Below are positions 1-10,024 of a DNA stretch of 64,000 nt, piece after piece. The stretch covers positions 1 through 64,000 of IMG/VR virus record IMGVR_UViG_3300009034_001352; one strand, 5' to 3'. The stretch comes from an uncultured virus (IMG/VR IMGVR_UViG_3300009034_001352) (Duplodnaviria; Heunggongvirae; Uroviricota; Caudoviricetes). A program made the translations under genes and the position numbers. The stretch's first letter is position 1; each line of letters begins with the position of its first letter. Below the pieces are notes generated by a model. That model did not search any database and was not told where the DNA came from. It worked only from the letters and a program-made list of their open reading frames with translations.

Positions 1-362
1 ATAAAATAAAAATGAGAATATGGAATGCTTGGAGAAATGGAGGATTATTTGATTTTTCAACAAGAGCAGGAACAGTAAAAAAAATAAAGATAAAAGAAGA
101 AACATATGGATGTAAACAAAATAGATTAAATTATCTTAATATATTATCTGATGGAAATTTAATCTTATGTTGCCAGGATTGGAAAAAAGAAACAATATTC
201 GGAAATATAAAAGATAATAGATTAATAAATATATTAAAATCTGATAAATATAAAGATTTAATAGAGAAAGTTGAAGGCAGAAAAGAAAGCGATTTATTAT
301 TTATCTGCAAAAGGTGCAGATATTCAAAAATTGAAAAGGAGAATAATTATGATAACAACTAA
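1..362 (+). CDS. Radical SAM/SPASM-domain protein, C-terminal fragment (5' truncated by window)
   Basis: Frame open from window start; SPASM-like C...GNLILCCQDW...FGNI...CKRC. Confidence 0.75.
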   Translation, partial: KIKMRIWNAWRNGGLFDFSTRAGTVKKIKIKEETYGCKQNRLNYLNILSDGNLILCCQDWKKETIFGNIKDNRLINILKSDKYKDLIEKVEGRKESDLLFICKRCRYSKIEKENNYDNN

Positions 363-1023
363 GGAATACAAAAGAGCATGGGAAAGGAGGGTAGGTCCTC
401 GTTCTGCTCATTTGGATACAAATAATTTCACAAAAGAAGATTTAAAAAAATTATTTGATCAATACCAGATGATTGTGGATAATTATAATTTGGATAATAA
501 AACAATTATTGATTTGGGATGTGGAGGAGGTTTGTTTGGATTGTATTTATTTCGTGGAGAAATTAATATTAAAAAATATATAGGAATAGATATAGCAAAA
601 CGAAGTATAATAGAGGCAAAATTAAATAATATTTGTTGGACGGAAGCAAATAAGACAAAATTTATTTTAATAGATCCAATTAAAATGACGGATTTTAATA
701 AATTTAAACCAAAACCTTATTTAATAGTAGCATTAAATATAATTCAATTTTTACCTGATATGCAATATGTAAAATTATTTTTTGAAAAAATTAATAATTC
801 TGAAATTAGAAATATATTTATTCAATTTAGAAGAGGAGATAAGAATATATTTAGAAAAGATCCATATAAAACTACTCATGATATTGGTCAAGCTAATTAT
901 TTAACATTACAAAAAATAACAAATTTAATGCCAAATTATAATTTAAGCGCAACAAAAGATGAAGAAGAAAATTGTTACATCCGTTTTAAAAAAACAAATA
1001 AAAAGAAGGAAAAAAGAAATTGA
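349..1023 (+). CDS. Class I SAM-dependent methyltransferase
   Basis: Motif I IIDLGCGGG and YIGIDI; ATG at 349 follows AAGGAG SD. Confidence 0.8.
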   Translation: MITTKEYKRAWERRVGPRSAHLDTNNFTKEDLKKLFDQYQMIVDNYNLDNKTIIDLGCGGGLFGLYLFRGEINIKKYIGIDIAKRSIIEAKLNNICWTEANKTKFILIDPIKMTDFNKFKPKPYLIVALNIIQFLPDMQYVKLFFEKINNSEIRNIFIQFRRGDKNIFRKDPYKTTHDIGQANYLTLQKITNLMPNYNLSATKDEEENCYIRFKKTNKKKEKRN

Positions 1024-1343
1024 TAAATAATTATATGACAGATGAAATAACAGTTATTAGACGTAAATTTGATATAAATGGAGTCCCAACAGACACTACT
1101 ACAATTGGAGTTCCAGCAAGAATCGAAGATTATAATAAAATGGTTAGAGATATAAATGGACAAGAAGTTATAGGTAATCAACTAATATTTGTAGATGATA
1201 GTAAAGATGTTAATTATGAAGATCTAATTAAAATTACAAAGAAGAATGGAAAGGCATATGAGTTAAGTAATAAAGAATTTGCTATTTTAAAAGTTGAGAA
1301 TGTAGCTGGATTTATGGACAGCCATAAGGAGATTTACATTTAG
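1020..1343 (+). CDS. Putative head closure / head-tail adaptor protein
   Basis: Size, position before neck/tail genes, VPARIE...VRDING pattern. Confidence 0.55.
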   Translation: MINNYMTDEITVIRRKFDINGVPTDTTTIGVPARIEDYNKMVRDINGQEVIGNQLIFVDDSKDVNYEDLIKITKKNGKAYELSNKEFAILKVENVAGFMDSHKEIYI

Positions 1344-1868
1344 ATGGCTAATAAAAAAATGTTGACAATAGATTTTGATACTTCTGATATGGAAAAAGAA
1401 TTAAAAAAATTTTTTAATAAAATAGATCCAAAAGCAAGAGAAAAAGGTTTAATGGCATTAGGATTAAAATTACTTAATTATACTGTGAATGGTTCACCAA
1501 GAGAATCTTCATTACCTCCTATAAGAGATGGTCGATTAAGAGGAAGTGGTAGTGTGTTTGTAGGAAATAAAAAAATAGGGGATACATTATTTGCCGGAAA
1601 AGGAAAAGGAACACCAGTAACTTCTCTTAGAGAAAATAATCCAAATGTTGTTACTATTGGATTTAATACTCCATATGCTGCCAAGATGCATGAAAATTTG
1701 ATTCCTTATGGTGAACAATATGTCCCGGGTGGAAAGGTAAGGGCAAAAAGAACAAAAGAGAATGTAGCTGGAGTTAGAGGTAAATTTTTAGAAAATCATT
1801 TGAAAAACGATAAGAAAGAATTATATGGTTTATATGTAAAAATATATAGAAAGGCAGCTGGAACATGA
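1344..1868 (+). CDS. HK97 gp10-like neck/tail-completion protein
   Basis: PIRDGRLRGS and IGFNTPYAAKMHE motifs. Confidence 0.7.
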   Translation: MANKKMLTIDFDTSDMEKELKKFFNKIDPKAREKGLMALGLKLLNYTVNGSPRESSLPPIRDGRLRGSGSVFVGNKKIGDTLFAGKGKGTPVTSLRENNPNVVTIGFNTPYAAKMHENLIPYGEQYVPGGKVRAKRTKENVAGVRGKFLENHLKNDKKELYGLYVKIYRKAAGT

Positions 1869-2278
1869 TTTTTAATTTGGTTCAATATTTAAGAGTACAA
1901 TTTCCTACTGAAGTGATTTATTCTAATGTTATGAATTTAAGAACTACCCAAACGATTATACCTGATAGAGTAGTGATTGTTAGAGATACTGGAGGAACTG
2001 AACAACCTTGGACAAGATATTCCGAACCAACTATTCAAATATTAACAAGAGATACAAATGCTCCAGCTTCAAGGAAATTATCTTTTGATATATTTAATAA
2101 TATAACAAGCAGATTTGGGTTGATATTACCTTCTATTACGGTAGGTAGTGATACTTACCCAGCAATACAAACAGCTCAAATATCAGCAATACAAAAACCG
2201 TATTTATTGGATACAGATGAAAATGGCAGAATAGAATATGTTACAAATTATAAAATTATTTTTGTGGAGGGAGATTAA
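1865..2278 (+). CDS. Tail terminator-like protein
   Basis: DTGG...PTIQILTR...DENGRIEYVTNY; position before tail tube gene. Confidence 0.65.
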   Translation: MIFNLVQYLRVQFPTEVIYSNVMNLRTTQTIIPDRVVIVRDTGGTEQPWTRYSEPTIQILTRDTNAPASRKLSFDIFNNITSRFGLILPSITVGSDTYPAIQTAQISAIQKPYLLDTDENGRIEYVTNYKIIFVEGD

Positions 2279-2280
2279 TT

Positions 2281-2823
2281 ATGGCTAATGCTCCAATTGG
2301 AAACAATTTTTGGGAAGGACCACTTGGTGTAATTTTGATCGAATATGATAATGTTAATCTTGGGAAAACTATTGATGAAGCTACTATTGAATATGTGGAA
2401 GATATAAAAGATATTCTATATGCTCAAGATGGAACTCAACCATATGACAAAATACCTACTGGTCAAGCTTATCTCATTACTGCTACTTATGGACAAATTA
2501 CAATTGATTTACTTAAAAAATTAATGAGAGGAGTGACTAAAAGTGGTGGAGGAAACAGTGCTAAACTTGGAAGGGATATTTATAGATCAGGAAGAGAAAA
2601 TTTTACAAAAGAATTGATTTCAAGGAGAGTTGATTCTGATGGAAATGCCTCTTCTGATTTACTATATCGTTTGTTGATGTTCAAAGCTATGCCTATTATT
2701 ACTGGAAATGTCGTATACGGCCCGGATTCTCAAAGAGGATTAGAAGTTCAGTTTTATTGTTTTTACGATGAAAGTCAAGAAGCGTTTGGTTATAGTGGAT
2801 ATGCTTCAAGTGTAGGTTTATAA
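2281..2823 (+). CDS. Major tail (tube) protein
   Basis: Synteny, LGKT motif, followed by terminator then chaperone and tape measure. Confidence 0.7.
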   Translation: MANAPIGNNFWEGPLGVILIEYDNVNLGKTIDEATIEYVEDIKDILYAQDGTQPYDKIPTGQAYLITATYGQITIDLLKKLMRGVTKSGGGNSAKLGRDIYRSGRENFTKELISRRVDSDGNASSDLLYRLLMFKAMPIITGNVVYGPDSQRGLEVQFYCFYDESQEAFGYSGYASSVGL

Positions 2824-2829
2824 TTAAGA

Positions 2830-2863
2830 AATATAGCTCCTAATAATTATCAGGAGCTATATT
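2830..2863 (+). terminator. Hairpin, probable terminator after major tail gene
   Basis: aatatagctcct / aggagctatatt perfect 12-bp inverted repeat. Confidence 0.65.
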
Positions 2864-2889
2864 AAATTATTAAGGAGAATGGAAAAATT

Positions 2890-3210
2890 ATGAAAGAGTT
2901 TATTGATGAATATAATAAGATTGAATATAAATTAATTGATACAGAAGGAAAAGAGAAAATAATACAATCAAAACCTTTAACTATTGAAAAACAATTTGAA
3001 ATGAAAAAGATAGTTAAAAATAAAAAATTATCTGTAGCCGAAAAATTGAGTATGCAAATAACTTTAATATTTGGGGGAGATCATAAAGAATATTTTAAAT
3101 ATTCTCTGCAATTTCTTGCTGATATATTGGTTGATTACCAGAAGGAAATAACAAAAGTAAACCCTATCGAGGAAGCGAAGTCAAAGATTTCGCAAAAGAA
3201 ATTAGATTAG
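2890..3210 (+). CDS. Tail assembly chaperone (G-like)
   Basis: Between tail tube and tape measure; overlapped by an open -1 frame. Confidence 0.7.
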   Translation: MKEFIDEYNKIEYKLIDTEGKEKIIQSKPLTIEKQFEMKKIVKNKKLSVAEKLSMQITLIFGGDHKEYFKYSLQFLADILVDYQKEITKVNPIEEAKSKISQKKLD

Positions 3211-3506
3211 GATTAACGATAGATGACATAGCATATTTTGATAATAATGTTGATATTAAATTAAGACGTGAGATAATAAAAGAATTGATAATAATGAAAG
3301 AAGTAGATGAATTAAAAAATTCTATTAATACAGCCGAAGCAGTGAGAATAGGTATGGCAAGTATTCAAACGAGGAAAGGAAATCAAATATATAAAAGATG
3401 GCATAATAGAAAAGTAAGAATGATAAAAAAATTATTAGGATATAGACAAGAAACTCTTTGGGATAAATTAGCACATAAAAAAAGTTTTAAAATTGGGAGT
3501 AAATAA
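3135..3506 (+). CDS. Tail assembly chaperone frameshift extension (T-like)
   Basis: -1 frame open from about 3135 to 3506 without a good start (KPYRGSEVKDFAKEIRLGLTIDD...). Confidence 0.6.
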   Translation, partial: LPEGNNKSKPYRGSEVKDFAKEIRLGLTIDDIAYFDNNVDIKLRREIIKELIIMKEVDELKNSINTAEAVRIGMASIQTRKGNQIYKRWHNRKVRMIKKLLGYRQETLWDKLAHKKSFKIGSK

Positions 3507-3635
3507 TTGTGTTAATAACTAATATAAATATTAGAAAAGATAATAAAAGTTATTATTATGCTAAAGGAAATAGAAAAAATAGAGGAAATAATTGTAAATT
3601 AGATAAATATAGATCAAAATTTAAAGGAAGAAAAA

Positions 3636-6386
3636 ATGTTTGAGGCTGGGGCAGTTGTAGGAAGAGCGATACTTGATTCTAAACAATGGGTGGCTGGAAG
3701 TAAAACAATTCAAGCAACTAACAAAAGTATGGCTACTAATCTTCAGAATCTACAAAAGGGATTTATGAGTATTTCTTTAGCTATTGGTGTTGCGTTTACA
3801 GGTGCTATTGTCAAAACTGATGAATTTAATAAATCCTTTGCTAATGTATCAACTCTTATAGATGATGTAAATGTAGACGTAGATAGTATGAGAAAAGAAT
3901 TACTTGGACTTGATGAAAGGCTAGGATCAGCTAAAGATCTTAGTGAAGGATTATATCAAGCGTTATCTGCAAGTGTTGAACCAACTAAAGCAGTGGGCTT
4001 TGTGGCTGAATCTGCTCAGTTTGCTAGGGCTGCATTAGTTGATACTAATACAGCTGTTGATGTTATAACGACTGGATTAAATGCCTACGGTTTAGAGGCA
4101 GAAAAAGCTGGAGAAATAAGCGATAAACTTTTTACTGTAATTAAAAAAGGAAAAATTACAGGGGATGAGTTGTCAGCTACAATAGGAAATTCTATTCCTA
4201 TTGCTGCTAATATGGGAATAGAGTTTGATGAGTTAGGTGCATCTATTGCCATAATGACAAGACAAGGTATAAATGCGGCGGTAGCTACAACTCAGTTTAA
4301 TGCCATAGTAACAGCGTTCTTGAAACCTTCAAAAGAAATGATTAATAGATTAGAAGAAATGGGTTTTGAGAGTGGAGAAATGGCAATTCAGCAGTTAGGT
4401 CTTAAAGATACTATTGATAAAGTTATTGAATCAACAGATGGATCAAAAGAGGAGATGGCAAAATTATTTACAAATGTTAGAGCATTAAAAGGAGCGATGG
4501 CATTAACAGGAGAAGGAGCATCTGACTTTGATGAAGTTTTAAAGGATATAGAAAATAGCGCTGGAGCTACTACAGAAGCTTTTGAAAAACAGGAATTAAC
4601 TTTTGAGACTGTTAAGAATAGAATAGAAAAAGTCGCTATTAGTATAGGTGATGTATTATTGCCTATAATTTATGATTTAACAAATTTTGTCTCTGGCTTG
4701 TTAGATGGTTGGAATAATCTTGATGATTCTACTAAAACAATTATTATAACAATAGTAGGATTAACAGCAACATTAGCTCCGTTAGCTTTAGGGATTACGA
4801 AAGTAATAAAAACAATTCAATTATTATCAGCAGGTATTGCAGCAAATCCTTTAGGATTAATATTAACATCTGTAGCTACTTTGACTGTGGGTATTGCTAC
4901 TTTAAATGAGATAATAGTATCAAATAATAACAGATGGAAAGAACAATATACGGTAATAGGAGATAATGTTAGTAGAACAAAAGAGTTAGTTGATGAATAT
5001 AAAGATCTTATAATAAAAGCTGAAGATAATGAATTTGCTCAAAATGCGGTAAAAGAAACAACAGGAGAATTGGCAAAAATATTACCTGGAGTTACTAAAA
5101 AAATGGAGGAATATGGAGATGCCATTCCTGCCGAAGAAATGGAGAAATTAGCAAAAGAACAAGCAAAGTTAGATTTATTAAATTTGCAGAAACAGTTGGT
5201 TCCACTTGAAGAAGAATATAAAAAAATAGAAAAAACATTAAGAGAATCAGCTGAAGCTCAAAAGCTGATTGGAAATACATTTGAGTTGACAAGAGAACAA
5301 TATGAAGCATCAACAAAAATAATAGAATTAAGTGAAGAACAATTTTTAAAGAAAAAAGAGAAAAGACTTGGTGAAGAAATAGGATTAATAAAAAAGCAGG
5401 CTAATGCAATAAATAATATATTATTAACATTTACTGAAAAAGAAAATGAAATAAAAGAAAAACAGGAAAAGAAAAGAAAAAAAGAGAATGAAGAAGCGAA
5501 AGATAGAAGAATAGAATTTGAGCAAGAATGGACTGATAAATTATTTTTACAATCAGCTGACAGACTTCAAATACTTGAATTTGAAAGAAAAGAAACAATA
5601 GCAAAAGCACGAGAAATTGGGGCTTCTATTTCTGCTATAAATGAATTTTACAATAAAGAACGTTTACAGATTATTAAAGAAATAAGAGAAAAAACAAAAA
5701 ATGATTTAGAAGAAAGAATAGAAATGTTTATAAACTATTTTAAAAAAATTGGAAAAGTTGAAGAAGAAAGCGCAGAGAAATTTGTTGCTACTGTTACCGG
5801 AGTAAATCAAATTGTATCAGACATGATGAATGTAACTGCTGATGAAATACAAGAAAAATGGATTATAACTTTTGCTGGAATGGAATATAGTGTGGAAGAA
5901 TTTTCTAAATCTGCTATCAAATTGATGATGAATTTTACTAATGCTATGATTGAAGGAGTCATCAAAGGAGAGGATGCCTGGGAAGTATTTAAAAAGGCTG
6001 CTCAAAATGCTATAGCTACTGTTTTAAATGCTTTTGCTGAAGAATTTGTGATAAGATCAGTAGCTTCTGCTCTTATACCAGGAGGATTACCTGCGGCTGC
6101 AAAATGGGCGTCTTTAGCTGTAGCAGCTGGAGCTGCCGCTACTTTGGTGAAAAATCTTGAAGCCGGAGGAATGGTTACTCCAGGATTAGCAGTTGTAGGA
6201 GAAGCAGGGCCAGAACTCATGAATATAGGCAGAACATCCACAGTAATTCCAGCAAGTGAAACCAGAAATATGTTAGGCGGAAAGGTAATAATGAATAATA
6301 CTTTCATAGTTAAAAATGATGCAGATGCAGAAATGGTAACAAGAAAATTAGGAAGAAGATTTCAAAATGTACAAAGGACAATATAA
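3636..6386 (+). CDS. Tail tape measure protein
   Basis: 916 aa, TP901-type N-terminal core, helical/coiled-coil, C-terminal VGEAGPEL motif. Confidence 0.92.
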   Translation: MFEAGAVVGRAILDSKQWVAGSKTIQATNKSMATNLQNLQKGFMSISLAIGVAFTGAIVKTDEFNKSFANVSTLIDDVNVDVDSMRKELLGLDERLGSAKDLSEGLYQALSASVEPTKAVGFVAESAQFARAALVDTNTAVDVITTGLNAYGLEAEKAGEISDKLFTVIKKGKITGDELSATIGNSIPIAANMGIEFDELGASIAIMTRQGINAAVATTQFNAIVTAFLKPSKEMINRLEEMGFESGEMAIQQLGLKDTIDKVIESTDGSKEEMAKLFTNVRALKGAMALTGEGASDFDEVLKDIENSAGATTEAFEKQELTFETVKNRIEKVAISIGDVLLPIIYDLTNFVSGLLDGWNNLDDSTKTIIITIVGLTATLAPLALGITKVIKTIQLLSAGIAANPLGLILTSVATLTVGIATLNEIIVSNNNRWKEQYTVIGDNVSRTKELVDEYKDLIIKAEDNEFAQNAVKETTGELAKILPGVTKKMEEYGDAIPAEEMEKLAKEQAKLDLLNLQKQLVPLEEEYKKIEKTLRESAEAQKLIGNTFELTREQYEASTKIIELSEEQFLKKKEKRLGEEIGLIKKQANAINNILLTFTEKENEIKEKQEKKRKKENEEAKDRRIEFEQEWTDKLFLQSADRLQILEFERKETIAKAREIGASISAINEFYNKERLQIIKEIREKTKNDLEERIEMFINYFKKIGKVEEESAEKFVATVTGVNQIVSDMMNVTADEIQEKWIITFAGMEYSVEEFSKSAIKLMMNFTNAMIEGVIKGEDAWEVFKKAAQNAIATVLNAFAEEFVIRSVASALIPGGLPAAAKWASLAVAAGAAATLVKNLEAGGMVTPGLAVVGEAGPELMNIGRTSTVIPASETRNMLGGKVIMNNTFIVKNDADAEMVTRKLGRRFQNVQRTI

Positions 6387-7150
6387 TGGCAGTGCCTAAT
6401 TTAAAATTAACAGATGTAGATAATAATGTTTATAATTTTCCACCCGACTTTTGGATATCTGATGACCCGTTTGATACAAATTCAAATATTTCAAATAAAT
6501 TTTATGCTGCTGGTGGAAGAAATATTGCGGATGGTTATCTTCAAGCAAGAACAATTTCAATAGGTGGTCAAATAAGAGGAGATACTATAACTCAATACGA
6601 ATCAAGATATAGAGATTTTATGCAAGCAGTTCTTAAAGGAGGGCAACTTGAAAAAACTGTTGATGCTGTTAGTCGATATATAGAGGTTTATTTTCCAAGT
6701 GTATCAACAGGACAGGAAGAAAATCAAAGATTTAAAGAAGTGACTGTTGATTTTATAGCAGAAGATCCTTTTTGGAAAGATTCTACACAGACTATAGACA
6801 CCCAGGTATTAGCTGGAAATGGAACATTTTATGTTGATAATACTGGAAGCGATTTTTTAGTTTCTCCTATTATTGAAGTTGAAGCAAATCAAGCAGCTAA
6901 TTTACCAAGTGTAAAAATGATAAATAAATCAGATGGAGGAATGGAGTTTCAATTCAATTATCCAAATTTTCAGATTGGAGATGTTCTTGTTATAAATTGT
7001 GAAGAAGGAACAGTTAAAGTTAATAACGGAAATAGAATAGAATATTTTGATCCAGGAAGATTTTTCAGATTACAGCCCTGGAATAATGAAATAGAGTATG
7101 AAGGAAATGCATGTACTATAAATTTTAAATTTAGGAAAATATACTTATGA
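6386..7150 (+). CDS. Distal tail protein (Dit-like)
   Basis: Directly after tape measure; RTISIGG, FIAEDPFW, NTGS, L.PW.N.I.Y motifs. Confidence 0.75.
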   Translation: MAVPNLKLTDVDNNVYNFPPDFWISDDPFDTNSNISNKFYAAGGRNIADGYLQARTISIGGQIRGDTITQYESRYRDFMQAVLKGGQLEKTVDAVSRYIEVYFPSVSTGQEENQRFKEVTVDFIAEDPFWKDSTQTIDTQVLAGNGTFYVDNTGSDFLVSPIIEVEANQAANLPSVKMINKSDGGMEFQFNYPNFQIGDVLVINCEEGTVKVNNGNRIEYFDPGRFFRLQPWNNEIEYEGNACTINFKFRKIYL

Positions 7151-8376
7151 GTTATTCTTTTGGAACTCCGGAATATGGAGATAGACCATATGGTGGAAAA
7201 GTTAATCCATACAATATATCAGCAATCCCCATTATAATAGAATGGTATGATAATAGTTTAGCATATAAAGGTGTTTATCAATCTGGAGTTGGTGATTTTT
7301 TAGGATGTGAATTTTCTTTAGATGAATCTGGTTGTAGAGATTTCATATTATATTTTGCTCAATCTGTTAGTATTGAAAAAAAGGATATTATAAAAATTAA
7401 AATATTCAATAGCGACGATTATTTTTTTACCGGTGTAATTAGAGAAATACCAATAAATGGTAGTACAGAAGCAAGTTATAATTATAGTGGATTTGGATTA
7501 AATGATTATTTGGTTAGAATAAATGCCGAATCTCAAAGTTACGCTAATGATACAATACAAGATATTCTTGATGATTTACTTGATAGTATTATAGTTTTAA
7601 AAACCCCTATTGTAAAAAATGCAACCAAAATAATCCCACCTAATATAACAATAACAAGTTTTGAAATAAATTATAGTCAAATGAATAGTGTTTTAGATTC
7701 ACTTAAAAAAATAGCAGCTTCTGATGGTAATGAATATATAACTGGGATTGATCAAGAAGGAGAATTCTTTTTTAGACCAAGAAATACGGAAACAAAAATA
7801 ACTTTGGTTGTTGGTAAAAAAGGAAAATATGGAATTGATCAATATGAACCTGATGATGAATATCAAGCCAGAACAAAATATTATGTATTAGATAAAGATG
7901 GAACTTATGTAACTACTGTTTCGAGTACTGAAGATAATGATATATATGAAGAAAAAATAACAGCGCCTGATATTGATAATACTTCTATTGAAAAATGGGC
8001 AGAAGGATTATTAAGAGAAAATGAAATCAATACCAGGAGAGCATCAATACAGTGGAAAATAGAAGAACAATTACCTTTGTTGCTAATTGCAGATGGCAGA
8101 ATAAGAATATTATCAAATATTCCTCCAACAACTTCAACTGCTCCAAATCCAATTCCTTATGGAAGCGATCATTATGGAGATAATTTGTATGGAGGTGGAC
8201 AATACACTGGAAAAGATTTAGATGATCTTTTGACTGTAAGAGAAGTGAGGTATATTTTAACAGGAAGTAGTTCAGTTAGAGAAATTCAATTAGGAGCATT
8301 ACCTGTTAGATTAGATGATAAAATATTAAATGTGCGCAAAGATTTATTAGATCTTCGTATATCATTAGGAAGGTGA
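7147..8376 (+). CDS. Baseplate hub / Tal-like protein
   Basis: Synteny after Dit; GIDQEGEFFFRPR pattern. Confidence 0.6.
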   Translation: MSYSFGTPEYGDRPYGGKVNPYNISAIPIIIEWYDNSLAYKGVYQSGVGDFLGCEFSLDESGCRDFILYFAQSVSIEKKDIIKIKIFNSDDYFFTGVIREIPINGSTEASYNYSGFGLNDYLVRINAESQSYANDTIQDILDDLLDSIIVLKTPIVKNATKIIPPNITITSFEINYSQMNSVLDSLKKIAASDGNEYITGIDQEGEFFFRPRNTETKITLVVGKKGKYGIDQYEPDDEYQARTKYYVLDKDGTYVTTVSSTEDNDIYEEKITAPDIDNTSIEKWAEGLLRENEINTRRASIQWKIEEQLPLLLIADGRIRILSNIPPTTSTAPNPIPYGSDHYGDNLYGGGQYTGKDLDDLLTVREVRYILTGSSSVREIQLGALPVRLDDKILNVRKDLLDLRISLGR

Positions 8377-8377
8377 T

Positions 8378-9091
8378 ATGGGCTGTGTTTATGTATTAGA
8401 AAATAAAATAAATAACAAACTTTATATAGGACAGACGACAAGATCATTTGAAAAAAGATTTAGACGATATTTAGAAGAAATAAAAAATGAAAATTGTAGA
8501 ATGGTAATTACAAGAGCTTTGAAAAAACATGGAAAAGATAATTTTAAAAAACATATATTTTATTTACCCAATAAATTATTGGATTATTTTGAAGTTGAAA
8601 TGATTAAAAAATTAAATACAATAATTCCTAATGGATATAATGTCTGTAGTGGAGGCAATAAAAACAGAGTTGTACATGAAGTAACAAAAAGAAAGATGTC
8701 AAAAGCAAAGAAAGGAAAAAAATTATCTAAAGAACGTATTTTGGAAATGAAGAAATTATGGAAAGATCCAGAATATAAAAAGAAGATGAGTCAAATACAT
8801 AAAGGACAGAAAGCCTGGAATAAAGGAAGATACACGGCCAGAATTAGTAAAAGATGTTTACAATGTGGAATAAAATTTGAATCATTGAAAAAAGCAAATA
8901 GAAAATTCTGTTCAAGAAAATGTTACGGAAAATATTATATAGGAAATAATAATGTTTCTAAAAGAAAAAAAGTAAGAGAAAAAATAAGCAATAAACTTTC
9001 TGGAATAATACGTACAAAAGAAACAAAGAATAAAATAAGTAAAATATTAAAAAAACGATGGCAAAAAAAGAAGGAGGAAATATATGGCTAA
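8378..9091 (+). CDS. GIY-YIG homing endonuclease with NUMOD3-like repeats
   Basis: CVYVLENKINNKLYIGQT, PNGYN, ETKRKMS-type repeats, WNKG. Confidence 0.88.
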   Translation: MGCVYVLENKINNKLYIGQTTRSFEKRFRRYLEEIKNENCRMVITRALKKHGKDNFKKHIFYLPNKLLDYFEVEMIKKLNTIIPNGYNVCSGGNKNRVVHEVTKRKMSKAKKGKKLSKERILEMKKLWKDPEYKKKMSQIHKGQKAWNKGRYTARISKRCLQCGIKFESLKKANRKFCSRKCYGKYYIGNNNVSKRKKVREKISNKLSGIIRTKETKNKISKILKKRWQKKKEEIYG

Positions 9092-10001
9092 TTATTTTTG
9101 GAGGAAACCTCGCATTGGTCAAGATGAAAATCAATGGGGACAATATAACGATGCTCATATTAATGTGGGATTAGGTATTTGTACTTGTAAGTTATATGAT
9201 GATGCTGGCACACTAAAAATATCAAAAGGAAAAATAGGAATAGATGATAATACTATTACTGGGGTATCTCTAATTGATACAATTACTACTATTTCTATGG
9301 CATTAGTTAGTAATGGAAATTGGGCAAAAATAGAAATGAGTGTTAGTGGAACAGCTGTTACTTTTGCAGCCGCTGATATAGTAGGAGCTACAGATGAAAG
9401 TTCTTTACCAGCTGGTTTTACAGGATCTTATGATGGAGATAAAACAGGATATTATATTACAGGTACTAAAAGATGTATAGGATTGGCTTGGAAAAATAGC
9501 GGAGGTACTTTAGAAGGGGTTGTTAATGTTATTAGTAATTTGGAAGCATATGAAGGGTATAGTTTGAGTGATGATGCTAATGATAATTGGTATTATTTTG
9601 ATATAAATAAAGTAGAAGATGAAGAGAGAGTAAGTATTGATAGAGCAATGTATCTTGATGATGCTGGAGCTAAAAGTATTGTAAAATTAAAAACAAAAGT
9701 AATTGAAATAGGTGATTGGGATATGAATACAGTTCCTCTCGTTGCCGTTGCTCATGGATTACCTGATGCACAGAAAATCAGATCTATAAGTGTATTCATT
9801 AGACCTGATACTGGTACTACACTTTATCCTCTTAATTCTTTTCAAGATGGAGCGGATCCTCTTTTAGTAGCTGGAGGAGTTGATGGTGTAACTAGTACAA
9901 ATATAAATCTCAGGAGAAGAAGTGGAGGTAGATTTAACGATGCTGCTTTTGATGCTACTTCTTATAATAGAGGATGGGTGACAATTGTATATGAAGAATA
10001 A
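9084..10001 (+). CDS. Putative tail fibre / receptor-binding protein 1
   Basis: Position after hub; N-terminal part paralogous to 10025..10984. Confidence 0.55.
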   Translation: MANYFWRKPRIGQDENQWGQYNDAHINVGLGICTCKLYDDAGTLKISKGKIGIDDNTITGVSLIDTITTISMALVSNGNWAKIEMSVSGTAVTFAAADIVGATDESSLPAGFTGSYDGDKTGYYITGTKRCIGLAWKNSGGTLEGVVNVISNLEAYEGYSLSDDANDNWYYFDINKVEDEERVSIDRAMYLDDAGAKSIVKLKTKVIEIGDWDMNTVPLVAVAHGLPDAQKIRSISVFIRPDTGTTLYPLNSFQDGADPLLVAGGVDGVTSTNINLRRRSGGRFNDAAFDATSYNRGWVTIVYEE

Positions 10002-10024
10002 AATAATTTTTAAAGGATTTACAA

